A stretch of 64,000 nt of DNA from Mizuhopecten yessoensis. Taxonomy: Eukaryota. The notes beneath the pieces were generated by a model. It did no database searches, had not been told where the DNA came from, and saw nothing but the letters and a program-made list of their open reading frames with translations. How positions within the stretch are numbered: position 1 is the stretch's first letter; the number at the start of each line of letters is the position of its first letter. The stretch covers positions 185,306 to 249,305 of the forward strand of contig NW_018404538.1 in assembly GCF_002113885.1 (NCBI RefSeq). The letters are read 5' to 3'. This document shows, piece after piece, positions 52,964 through 64,000 of this stretch. Position numbers and translations under genes: made by a program.

Positions 52964-55399
52964 NAAAAGTTGTTTGGACATATGAGGTAAATAATTCCAG
53001 AAACTCTTGAGTCATATAAAATGCAAACAATACTTTCCGCACAATTCTCAAACATGGTATTGAAATAATATATCAGGTAACATTTGGCGAGACAAGTATA
53101 TAAAAATCATATGCATAACATCAACAAGTTACTTACTCTTTCTTGAGCATTGTGAGACGGGTAAATATACATTTCAAAATCATGATGGTCCGTTAGGTAA
53201 AAGCACACACACGTGTTTATTTTCTTTTGCAAAGCGGAGGTTAAGAATTCAGAAGGGAACGTAACTCTATTCTAGTGCTCTGAACAATTTGGCCCACAAG
53301 TGCGGTAACAATACCAAAATCTTTGATAATTATAAGTTAAATACAAATAATAAGTTACAGCTTAAGGTAACGATTTCTTTTTAGCTTGCGTATATAAAAT
53401 CTTTATAAAACTTCGTTCCTCAAAAATGTAAAGCCTTTGTTAAAGAAAAATATAATGTTTATGCTCCAAATGAGATTATTTTGGAGCATCTTAAATCTAA
53501 TTTTTGCCTATCCAAACTTAATAGAATTCTACCGTACTTGAATTAAATCTGAAGGTCGAAAAGATAACAAGTGGGAAAACTACAAATTCTGTGTCTCACA
53601 CGTTACTTGGAATAAGATGTTATATTGCATTATAAACATAAAAAGGGTATAACACTAATAAACACAGAATAATTTCATACAAATGAATATGAATAAATTC
53701 AGTATACAAGAATTAAAATATAAAAATACATGTAAAAAGAATTGCTCACCTGTAAAATTACAATGGAGACAGCCTGATAAATTTGATGTGTCTTTATTCT
53801 GGTCGTAGCTTCAAGTGGTTAGCTGTACAAGCGACAGGTAACTTACTCAGATGCCCCCAATGTTGGTGAGGTTCCAGGAGGGTTATTTACAGTATTTTCT
53901 ATATGAAGTATAGGTAATTTACCTTTGAGGGGCCTCAACAAAAACATATATCCAGTCGGACCTTATTGCTGATTGGTCGGATCTTAGCGTGGGTTCGGAC
54001 AAAGAAATTTGTGAAAAACACCAATCTGGAAGTAAGGTTACGTAAGAGCACCCAAGTCCTAATTGACTCTAACACGGCCGATAATTCTTTTACAAAGAGA
54101 CAAAGATAGAGTCGGGACCGGACGTGAGTTCTTAATTGAAATGACAAAAGGGATTATGAGAATCTAACAGAGTCGCCGAACCGAACAAATAATCTAAATG
54201 TGGGAAACGTAAATCTTGTTTGCCAAACTGTTTTAGAGCTCAATTAACGTGGCTAAGTATGTGGTTATTTAATTTGGGGATTATTGTTTGTAAAATGTTT
54301 TACGAAAATATTCCAAATAGTAAAAAGATTACGAAAATAATCCAAATAGTAAAAAGTTCCAAAATTTCATTGCAATAAACAAGTTTATGTATTTTTATGT
54401 AAGTTATGAAAAATGTAAAATATCAGTATGATATATCCCTCCTGGTTGGGAGCATTCGGCAAGTGTTACTATCGATGAGGGACTCGCCGACGACCTGGGA
54501 CGATTTCACCAGCTTCTCCACTTGCAACGGACGCTAGTGTAGATTCTAGAAGACAGTGAATTATTCTGTTCTGTTGAAAAGGACCTGTTATAGATCAGGT
54601 GTTCATTAAAAATGTTTGTGGCTGGAGTTAAGACACGATGTAATTTAGACGCGGACTTAAATTTCTTTAAACAGGGTGATTACATGTTGATAATATCAGA
54701 AAAAGGATTATTAAAATGTATTTACATGCATTTTAACCGTTGATAGACAATCTCGATTTGTTTTGGTTTGGTTGTGTGCGTGTGTGTGTGTGTGTGTTGA
54801 TGGGGTAAAAAAAGGGGGGGGGGGGTTCAGAGGTCATGTAACGGTACATGTAGTACTGTTGATATTACTACACACTTGCTTTTATTGAATCATGCAAACA
54901 TTTTGAGTTGGTACTATTATCTAGAGGCACTGCAACACGAATGTAAATAGTGTGGTATAGCTGCATAATATGTGGGTCGACTTTAGTAAATGTATTGTCA
55001 ACACTACTATGACGTGTGTTAACAGTGACGTCACAGTCGTGTAACAACATGTTGTGAGCGTCAATTCATCCTTTCACAAACAGCAAAATACGTATGACTG
55101 GGTACATATATACGGACTTATCAGTATCAACTGATGTCATTTTGAAGGTAAGGACAAATAACCAAGCGCAAGTACTACATTGAAACAATTTTCAGTTCGA
55201 TAAAATGAAAATATCAAAATTATATGTGGGACATCGAAGGATTTCATCAGTAACATCGACTTTTAACAAAAATGTAGAATTGTTTCGGACATTCCCGTAC
55301 TTTCAGTACATGTGTTGCTATAACGGCTCGTACCGGTGTGAGATTTCCTTGTCTCACCCTAGGGTTGAGACGGGGATTCCCCTATTTTTTTCGCAAATG

Positions 55400-55858
55400 T
55401 ATGCTCAACGTGGTCATGATGTATTTATCCAAGAATTACGCAGTGCTTTTGATGCATCTTCAAAATGTTATTTGAACAAGCATCTTGTTGATACCTTTTG
55501 CGTCCAGTTCTATCTGACTAAGCCCATTAATTTAAGGGTAAAAAAGTTATTGAGTCAATTTCGCATGCAAGCACACAGTCTTAACATAGAATCTGGGTGC
55601 TATAATAACATTCCAAGAGGTCAGAGAATATGTACAGTCTGCGATAAAAATGATGTCGAAGATGAAGTCCATTTTGTACTACTTTGTCCTGCATATTCTG
55701 ATTTAAGAAAAACATACACCAAACAGTATTATTATCGACATCCAAGTGTGTATAAAATAATAGAATTATTTACCTGTAAAAGTGTTAAATCTTTAAAAAG
55801 ACTGGGTAAATATTTGTGGCACGCTACTGCCAAAAGGAAAATCCTCCTTGCTCAGTAG
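55400..55858 (+). mobile_element. 3' fragment of a non-LTR retrotransposon ORF2 (C-terminal Cys/His domain), 5'-truncated
   Basis: LSQFRMQAHSLNIESG...RICTVCDKNDVEDEVHFVLLCPAYSDLR is a typical LINE ORF2 C-terminus. Confidence 0.8.
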
Positions 55859-56204
55859 TGATATTATATTAAAATATCATTTGAAACTACCTTGCTATAA
55901 ATGTACATGTATAATAATAATTCTTTAGTATTCGTTTATAGCGCGTTAAATAGTACATTAATGACATCCCATGGTTCTTTCTGGCTGTTTGAAGTTATAT
56001 GTAGCGTTTTCATTATGATGTCATCATTTCATGACGTCACATAAATACATGTAGTTTATACTATCCTTTCCACAACTTTACGAAAAATCATGCTGTAAAA
56101 CTGCACATGATATCATTATTACATGTATGTAGGCATATATATATTTGAATGGAATTGACCTCCGCCATCTTGTACATAATATTTAATTATGAATGTTTGT
56201 AACC

Positions 56205-56394
56205 TATTCCGTCTTTGCGTAGTGCAGAGTTATCTTCTCTTATGAGCAGGTACTGATTGTTTCGTCATTGATTATTGTGATAAAAATACGTCGTATTCTC
56301 AAAAATTGATGACGTTACTCTCACAAACAAATGACGTATCAATCAATACCTGCTCACAAGAGCAGATAACTCTGCAATACGCAAAGACGGAATA
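56205..56394. mobile_element. Palindromic TA-flanked MITE, copy 2
   Basis: Same 190-bp element as 5295-5484 with scattered substitutions. Confidence 0.9.
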
Positions 56395-56422
56395 TGATGT
56401 ATTGCATTTGGATCATTCGGCA

Positions 56423-59319
56423 CACCTAGCGGGTTTTATGGGATTTGCCAGAGGCCACTTGTAATCATATCAACAATAATTACATCCAGACAACCAGTTA
56501 TTGTTTCAGTGAGTAAGATAGGGGAATCTCAACCCTCGGGGAAGGATTCGACAAAGCCTCGTGTGTGACAACTAAAGAAACTCCCCCCTCGGGTTGAGAT
56601 TCCCCTATCTCCTCCCCAAGGGGTTCAGACATTCTATAATTATTTCAACACTTTCATGAATCTATTAACTTGTCATAAATTCAATGCGTCAAGTGGTTTC
56701 TCTCCTTTTTTGGGTTCATTGACTATATAAACTGCCCTCCTAAAATAGAGGACGTCTTCCAGACCTCTTCCTACTACTACATGGGGACTGTTTCTCTGAT
56801 AAAATAGAGGACGTCTTCAAGACCACTTCCTTTACCTACATGAGGACTGTTTCTCCGATGAAATAGAGGACGTCTTCCAGACCTCTTCCTACTACTACAT
56901 TCCCCGGGGACTCTTTCCCTGATAAAATAGAGGACGTCTTCCGAACTTCTTCCTTCTACTACATGGGGACTGTTGCCCTGATAAAATAGAGGACGTCTTC
57001 CGAACTTCTTCCTACTACTACATAGGTCTGTTTTCCTGATAAAATGAGGATTTCTTTGAGACTTCTTCCTTCCTCTTTATGGGGACTGTTTCCCTAATTA
57101 AATAGAGGACATCTTCCAGACCTCTTTCTACAACTACATGGATACTGTTTCCCTGATCAGATAGAGGACGTCTTCAATACCTCCTCCTTTACCTACGTAC
57201 CTCTTCCTTTACCTATATGAGGACTGTTTTTCTGATAAAATAGAGGACGTCTTCCAGACCTCTTCCTACTACCACATGGGGACTGTTTCCCTGATAAAAT
57301 AGAGGACGTCTTCAAGACCACTTCCTTTACCTACATGAGGACTGTTTCTCTGATAAAATAGAGGACGTCTTCCAGACCTCTTCCTACTACTACATGATGA
57401 CTGTTTCCCTGATAAAATAGAGGACGTCTTCAAGACCACTTCCTTTACCTACATGAGGACTGTTTCTCCGAATAAATAGAAGACATCTTCCAGACCTCTT
57501 CCTACTACTACATGAGGACTGTGTCTCTGACAAAATAGAAGACGTCTTCCAGACCTCTTCCTTCTACTACATGAGGACTGTTTCTCTGGCAAAATAGAAG
57601 ACGTCTTCCAGACCTCTTCATTCTACTACATGAGGACTGTTCCCCTGACAAAATAGAGGACGTCTTCCAGACCTCTTCCTACTACTACATGAGGACTGTT
57701 TCCCTGACAAAATAGAGGACATCTTCCAGACCTCTTCCTTCTACTACATGAGGACTGTTTCTCTGACAAAATAGAAGACGTCTTCCAGACCTCTTCATTC
57801 GACTACATGAGGACGGTTCCCCTGACAAAATAGAGGACGTCTTCCAGACCTCTTCCTCCTACCACATGGGGACTGTTTCCCTGATAAAATAGAGGACTTC
57901 TTCAAGACAACTTCCTTTACCTACATGAGGCCCGTTTCTCTGATAAAATAGAAGACTGCTTCCAGACCTCTTCCTACTATCACATGGGGACTGTTTCCCT
58001 GATAAAATAGAGGACATCTTCAAGACCACTTCCTTTACCTAAATGAGGACTGTTTCTCCGAATAAATAGAAGACGTCTTCCAGACCTCTTTCTACTACCA
58101 CATGGGGATTGTTTCCCTGATAAAAAAGAGGACGTCTATGAAATAGAGGACGTCTTCCATACCTCTTCCTACTACCACATGCGGACTGTTTCTCTGATAA
58201 AACAGAGGACGACTTCCAGACCTCTTCCTACATGGGGACTGTTTCTCTGATAAAACAGAGGACGACTTCCAGACCTCTTCCTACACCTACATGAGGACTG
58301 TTCCTCCGAATAAATAGAAGACGTCTTCCAGCCTACTACTACATTCCCCGGGGACTCTTTCCCTGATAAAATAGAGGACTTCTTCAAGACAACTTCCTTT
58401 ACCTACATGAGGATTGTTTCTCTGATAAAACAGAGGACGTCTTCCAGACCTGTTCCTACTACCACATGGGGACTGTTTCCCTGATAAAATAGAGGACATC
58501 TTCAAGACCACTTCCTTTACATACATGAGGACTGTTTCTCCGAATAAATAGAACTTCCAGACCTCTTCCTACTACTACATGATGACTGTTTCCCTTATAA
58601 AATAGAGGACGTCTTCAAGATCACTTCCTTTACCTACAGGAGAAGACGTCTTCCAGACCTCTTTCTACTACCACATGGGGACTGGTTCCCTGATAAAATA
58701 GAGGACATCTTCAAGACCACTTCCTTTACATACATGAGGACTGTTTCTCCGAATAAATAGAACTTCCAGACCTCTTCCTACTATCACATGGGGACTGTTT
58801 CCCTGATAAAAAAGAGGACGTCTATGAAATAGAGGACGTCTTCCATACCTCTTCCTACTACCACATGCGGACTGTTTCTCTGATAAAATAGAAGACGTCT
58901 TCCAGCCTACTACTACATTCCCCGGGGACTCTTTCCCTGATAAAATAGAGGACGGCTTCACGATCACCTGCTTTACCTACATGAGGACTGTTTCTCCGAA
59001 TAAATAGAAGACGTCTTCCAGACCTCTTCCTTTTACTACATGAGGACTGTTCACCTGACAAAATAGAGGACGTCTCCAAGACTCTTCCTACTCCTGCATG
59101 TATACATAATTTTCATTGGTGTTATTGGTGGTCAGCGCATCAGAGGCACGGCAACAAAATTGAATTCTAAAATTTTGAATTTTGTCAGTTTACATACAGA
59201 AATGTATGTCTTAAAAAAGATAAATATGTAAATATTAAAAATACCTGGTTGTCTGGATGTAATTATTGTTGATATAATTACAAGTGGCCTCTGGCAAATC
59301 CCATAAAACCCGCTAAGTG
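56423..59319. mobile_element. TIR element (75-bp TIRs) carrying an internal 59-bp tandem array
   Basis: 56423-56497 is the reverse complement of 59245-59319. Internal array at ~56735-59098. Confidence 0.8.
56735..59098. repeat. 59-bp minisatellite (AAAATAGAGGACGTCTTCCAGACCTCTTCCTACTACTACATGGGGACTGTTTCTCTGAT), ~40 units
   Basis: 59-nt period (56742, 56801). Confidence 0.95.
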
Positions 59320-59342
59320 GCCTCTGGCAAATCCCATAAAAC

Positions 59343-60154
59343 CCTAGCGGGTTTTATGGGATTTGCCAGAGGCCACTTGTAATTATATCAACAATAATTA
59401 CATCCAGACAACCAGTTATGGTTTAAGTGGGTAAGATAGGGGAACCTCAACCCTCGGGGAAGGATTCGACAAAGCCTCGTGTGTGACAACATAAGAAACT
59501 TCCCCCTCGGGTTGAGATTCCCCCATCTCGTCCCCAAGGGGTTCAGACATTCTATTATTCTTTCCACACTTTCATGAATCCATTAAATTGTCATAAATTC
59601 AATGCGTCAAGTGGTTTGTCTCCTTTTTTGGGTTCACTGACTAGATACACTGCCCTCCTAAAATAGAGGACGTCTTCCAGACCTCTTCCTACTACTACAT
59701 GGGGACTGTTTCTCTGATAAAATAGAGGACGTCTTCAAGACCACTTCCTTTACCTACATGAGGACCGTTTCTCTGATAAAATAGAAGACGTCTTCCAGAC
59801 CTCTTCCTACTACTACATTAGGACTGTGTCTCTGACAAAATAGAGGACGTCTTCCAGACCTCTTCCTACTACTACATTAGGACTGTGTCTCTGACAAAAT
59901 AGAGGACGTCTTCCAGACCTCTTCCTTCTACTACATGAGGACTGTTGCTCTGACAAAATAGAGGACGTCTTCCAGACCTCTTCCTACTACTACATTAGGA
60001 CTGTGTCTCTGACAAAATAGAGGACGTCTTCCAGACCTCTTCCTTCTACTACATGTATACATAATTTTCATTGGTGTTATTGGTGGTCAGCGCATCAGAG
60101 GCACGGCAACAAAATTGAATTCTAAAATTTTGAATTTTGTCAGTTTACATACAG
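59343..60154. mobile_element. Second, tandem, 3'-truncated copy of the same TIR element with only ~7 repeat units
   Basis: Repeats the 56425-56735 leader, a short array (59653-60053) and the post-array sequence. Confidence 0.8.
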
Positions 60155-60794
60155 CCTACCTCCGATCAATAACGCCCACAAAGCATATGCAAAGTCGGTC
60201 CAATAGAACTTGAGTCAGAGTTGTAATTGCCTGAGCTCATTAGAGGTAACGGTGGTTATCTTAAATGCCGAAAATAGTCAGTAATTCGACGTAAAGTTTA
60301 CTACCTATCAAATACTCCCACGAAGCATAAATTAAGGCCGCCAAATACAGAATCGGAAGTGTATGTGTTATTCAGATGCCGATGTGAATCTTAAATCTAC
60401 ATGTATCCTGGTTCTGAATGAGACTTGGATCTCAATTTCGGATACGGATTACGACTCCGTTTCCAAAGAATAGGACATATATACATGTCTCTTATTTCCA
60501 TTTTTTCTTAAATACAAGAACAATAGCAAACAGCACATCTGGCTTGTTCTCACTAGAGACACATGGCTGAAAACCAGGGAAAAAACACGTGACTTGATTT
60601 ATCTGTTGTGATACACCTGTTCTGCGTCTTGTGAATGGAAGATGCAATCTTCTTTCAAAAGTTATTAAAAAATATCTGCAAGTCCGATCAATTAATCAAA
60701 AACGATATTGATAAAACAATAATGGAACAAAAGTCAACATATTGAATATTAATTAAAGGAGTCGTGTTCGAAAACTTGCAAACCTGGAGTTACC

Positions 60795-61265
60795 AAATAG
60801 TCTGGGCAAATAGTCGGGCAAATAGTCTGGGCAAATAGTCTGGGCAGATAGTCGGACAAATAGTCTGGGCAAATAGTCGGGCAAATAGTATGGGCAAATA
60901 GTAGGGCAAATAGTCTGGGCAAATAGTCGGGCAAATAGTCTGGGCAAATAGTCGGGCAAATAGTCTGGGCAAATAGTCGGGCAAATAGTCTGGGCAAATA
61001 GTCGGGCAAATAGTCTGGGCAAATAGTCGGGCAAATAGTCTGGGCAAATAGTCGGGCAAATAGTCTGGGCAAATAGTCGGGCAAATAGTCTGGGCAAATA
61101 GTCGGGCAAATAGTCTGGGCAAATAGTCGGGCAAATAGTCTGGGCAAATAGTCGGGCAAATAGTCTGGGCAAATAGTCGGGCAAATAGTCTGGGCAAATA
61201 GTCGGGCAAATAGTCTGGGCAAATAGTCGGGCAAATAGTCTGGGCAAATAGTCGGGCAAATAGTC
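60795..61265. repeat. 25-bp (12+13) tandem repeat GGGCAAATAGTC-TGGGCAAATAGTC
   Basis: Near-perfect alternation of the two subunits. Confidence 0.97.
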
Positions 61266-61815
61266 AATCTCATTTCAGGAAGGGATTGAATAAGTTGGAT
61301 GCATGTTTTGTCCAATATCAAATTTTCAGTGAAATGTTTTATTCGATGGTGAAAGCAAACAACCATTTAAAACATGACACGTCAGATAATGTAAAATGTA
61401 AATAACGAGTGACGACATTTTGCCGTCCTGTTGAGCGTGTGTGTAGGACTGTACATCGAACCGGGCATCAGAGATAACGGCTAGTAATTATCTGGTGGAC
61501 CCTTACCGTGTATTTTTTTCAGTTTTTCGTTTAATTTTCAAAAATCGTTTAGTTGTTCTCTTTTTGTGTGTATTTTTTGGATTATCGTTTATATTTGACG
61601 AGTCACCGTTTATTGTTTAAACCACGGAATTAGATTAGAGGGAAAGGCAACTGCCTCTTCGGCATAGTAAATATGTGCCGTGTACTTGATGTTGCGAGAA
61701 ACTACGAGAAAGCGAGAGAATTTACGTGATCCGGGGAAAAAACCGCCGCTTCAAACATCGAAGAAATTGATTGCCGTTTAGAAGTAATATATTTTGGGCT
61801 ATCTCTACCGTTACA

Positions 61816-61831
61816 ATGTCCGGATTTCAAA
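61816..61831 (+). CDS. Possible first coding mini-exon (MSGFQ) of an unidentified gene
   Basis: ACA-ATG TCC GGA TTT CAA A|GTAAGT in a locally CpG-rich region. No downstream exon was identified. Confidence 0.25.
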
Positions 61832-61970
61832 GTAAGTGATCTTTGCTAAACTTCTGTTTAAATATAATTATGTTTGTTTTGTCGAATACCAGAGAAATGT
61901 CGCAGAATGCGAAAGTTAATAGTAAACATACGGCGTTGCCAGCTTTAATTATTTTATGGCTTCACACCCG

Positions 61971-63020
61971 CCATCGAGATCTACTAAACTTGCTAATAAA
62001 TAGATTATTTTGACATACGGACTAAACCAAATTGTTAATTTATATGTTTTCTATTGCTTCGGGTGTTTTTTAAGTGAACCCATATCTCTGTTTTTGAAGT
62101 ATTTGTATTTTGAAATCAGTTGCTAATCAGTGTATTTTAATAATGGCCGCCATTTTGCCTTAGATTACTGATCGCGGGTGGATTCTTGAATGCATGTAAT
62201 TCTCGGTAATTGATCATTACTATGTAATAATTTGTTTACATAACTACAATCTGGTATATTATCATGTACACAAAACGATTTCGATCGCACTGACGATCTA
62301 AAAAGTGTATTTTTAAGGCTCTGAATATAGATCAAAATTCATCGTGATGCAATAGCGTGTGATTTCACTTCCTTCATCATCTTGCATTTTACCCTCCATC
62401 GAGATCTACTTAACATGCTAATAAATAGATTATTTTGACATCCGACTAAACCAAATTGTTTATTTATATGTTTTCTATTGCTTCGGGTGTTTTTTAAGTG
62501 AACCCATATCTCTGATTTTGAAGTATTTGTATTTTGAAATCAGTTGCTAATCAGTGTATTTTAATAATGGCCGCCATTTTGCCTTAGATTACTGATCGCG
62601 GGTGGATTCTTGAATGCATGTAATTCTCGGTAATTGATCATAACTATGTAATAATTTGTTTGCATAATTACAATCTGGTATATTATCATGTACACAAAAC
62701 GATTTCGATCGCACTGACGATCTAGAAAGTGTATTTTAAAGGCTCTGAATATAGACCAAAATTCATCGTGATGCAATAGCGTGTGATTTCACTTCCTCCA
62801 TCGTCTTGCATTTTACCCTCCATCGAGATCTACTTAATTTGCTAATAAATAGATTATTTGACATACGGACTAAACCAAATTGTTTATTTATATGTTTTCT
62901 ATTGCTTCGGGTGTTTTTTAAGTGTACCCCTATCTCTGATTTTGTAGTATTTGTATTTTGAAATCAGTTGCTAATCAGTGTATTTTAATAATGGCCACCA
63001 TATTGCCTTAGATTACTAAT
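61971..63020. repeat. ~424-bp tandem repeat, ~2.5 copies
   Basis: CCATCGAGATCTACT at ~61971, 62395 and 62820. Confidence 0.92.
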
Positions 63021-63545
63021 CTGATTTTGTACTTTTCAAAAAATTGCATTTAAAATAACATATGTCCTACGCCATGGATTTTAATGCAAGATAATTATAT
63101 AATCTTATGTCACCTTACATAATGAATTGTAGGTCTGTCTAAAATTGTGCATGGCTGTCAGAAAAATGAAATAATAACAGTTTTGAATGTGAACTATTGT
63201 TCTGAGTAAGAAGTGTGTCAAACTGTTATATCCATACTTTGTCTTAATTTGCAATCTATGCAGATAGTTTCAAATTTTGAAAGTTGCCCATGCAGATACA
63301 TATGTAAATAGGGATTAGATTGGAGTTATAATGATGCTGATTGACAGGTATGTACATGATACATCCATGGCCAACTTTCACACAGGGTTGGACATTTTCT
63401 GGGTATATTTTACATTTTTTCAAACCAATTATTTGTTTAAAAAAAATATACAACATTTGATATAGTTCCATATCTAGCTAACATAAGCCACTTTAAAGCG
63501 CTTAACAGTACATAGATATACAATTTTATACAGCCAATACAATAA

Positions 63546-63580
<35 letters not shown>

Positions 63581-63664
63581 TCAATACAATATTAAGGGAA
63601 TTCACAGGAGCTGCCTTATCAGGCGCTAACTACTAGTCCTATGCCACCTGCTTAATATCTCCCT

Positions 63665-63955
63665 ATGTGTGTATGCTTGTGTGTGTGCTGGAGATGTATA
63701 GTGTTCTGTTTGTAGTGGGACAGTGCTTCCAACGGTATCATTTATAGTGCCACCTCACTTGAATGCTAAAGCACAGATACTGCAACACCCACCCTAGACC
63801 AATGTATACTCCACTTGGGTTGTTGGAGTTGTTTGGGCAGGAGAAAAACGCTTTCTCTCTAATATTCCATGCGTACAGCGACTTCGGGGACCGAACACGG
63901 CCGCCTGCTTGGAAGGCCCAAGTGTTAAACACTCAACCAATTGCAATCCGCCCAT
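63665..63955 (-). mobile_element. Probable tRNA-derived SINE
   Basis: Minus strand has an A-box-like head, a B-box-like GTGTTCGGTCCCC, a core ...GTGAGGTGGCACTATAAA... and a (CA)-rich tail. Confidence 0.4.
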
Positions 63956-64000
63956 AATTCTGGGTCTTAGGTATAAATTTTGAAAGGTGTCCATGCAGAT

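Larger units (their letters stand above)
51320..54433 (-). repeat. 5' LTR, interrupted by assembly gaps and unrelated sequence (51797-52964)
   Basis: Direct repeat of 40157-42555; N-run from ~51797 to 52106 and a single N at 52964. Confidence 0.85.
40157..54452 (-). mobile_element. Full-length env-carrying Ty3/gypsy (Metaviridae) LTR retroelement
   Basis: Order LTR-PBS-gag-PR-RT-RH-IN-chromo-env-PPT-LTR with two near-identical LTRs. Confidence 0.95.

Noticed and set aside
55205-55400. N-terminal part of the 217-aa ORF as a real gene start
   Set aside because: Appears to be chance read-in from unrelated repeat sequence upstream of a 5'-truncated LINE.
60749-61366. 205/168/139-aa repetitive ORFs
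   Set aside because: Translations of the stop-free 25-bp repeat.

Overview
AT-rich, repeat-dense animal genomic DNA. Spliceosomal introns and the repeat types suggest an invertebrate, possibly a mollusc (inference). The window has one complete host gene: a secreted SOUL/heme-binding protein 2-like gene on the + strand (4 coding exons, 19825-39601, 212 aa, probable non-coding first exon near 17.7 kb). Its introns are filled with minisatellites, three of which begin at, and resemble, the adjacent splice donor. Directly downstream is a ~14.3 kb minus-strand Ty3/gypsy (Metaviridae) element that looks like an endogenous retrovirus. It has ~2.4 kb near-identical LTRs with non-canonical TA...TA ends, a tRNA-Ala-like PBS, and gag and pol in one frame separated by a single UAG plus an 8-nt spacer and stem-loop (candidate readthrough). 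It also has an integrase C-terminal chromodomain and an intact F-type env. The rest is LINE fragments, MITEs, a HINE/Helentron-like insert, a Crypton-like fragment, an internally deleted hAT element, a TIR element carrying a satellite, and many tandem arrays. All calls are by-eye motif reading; no database searches were run.
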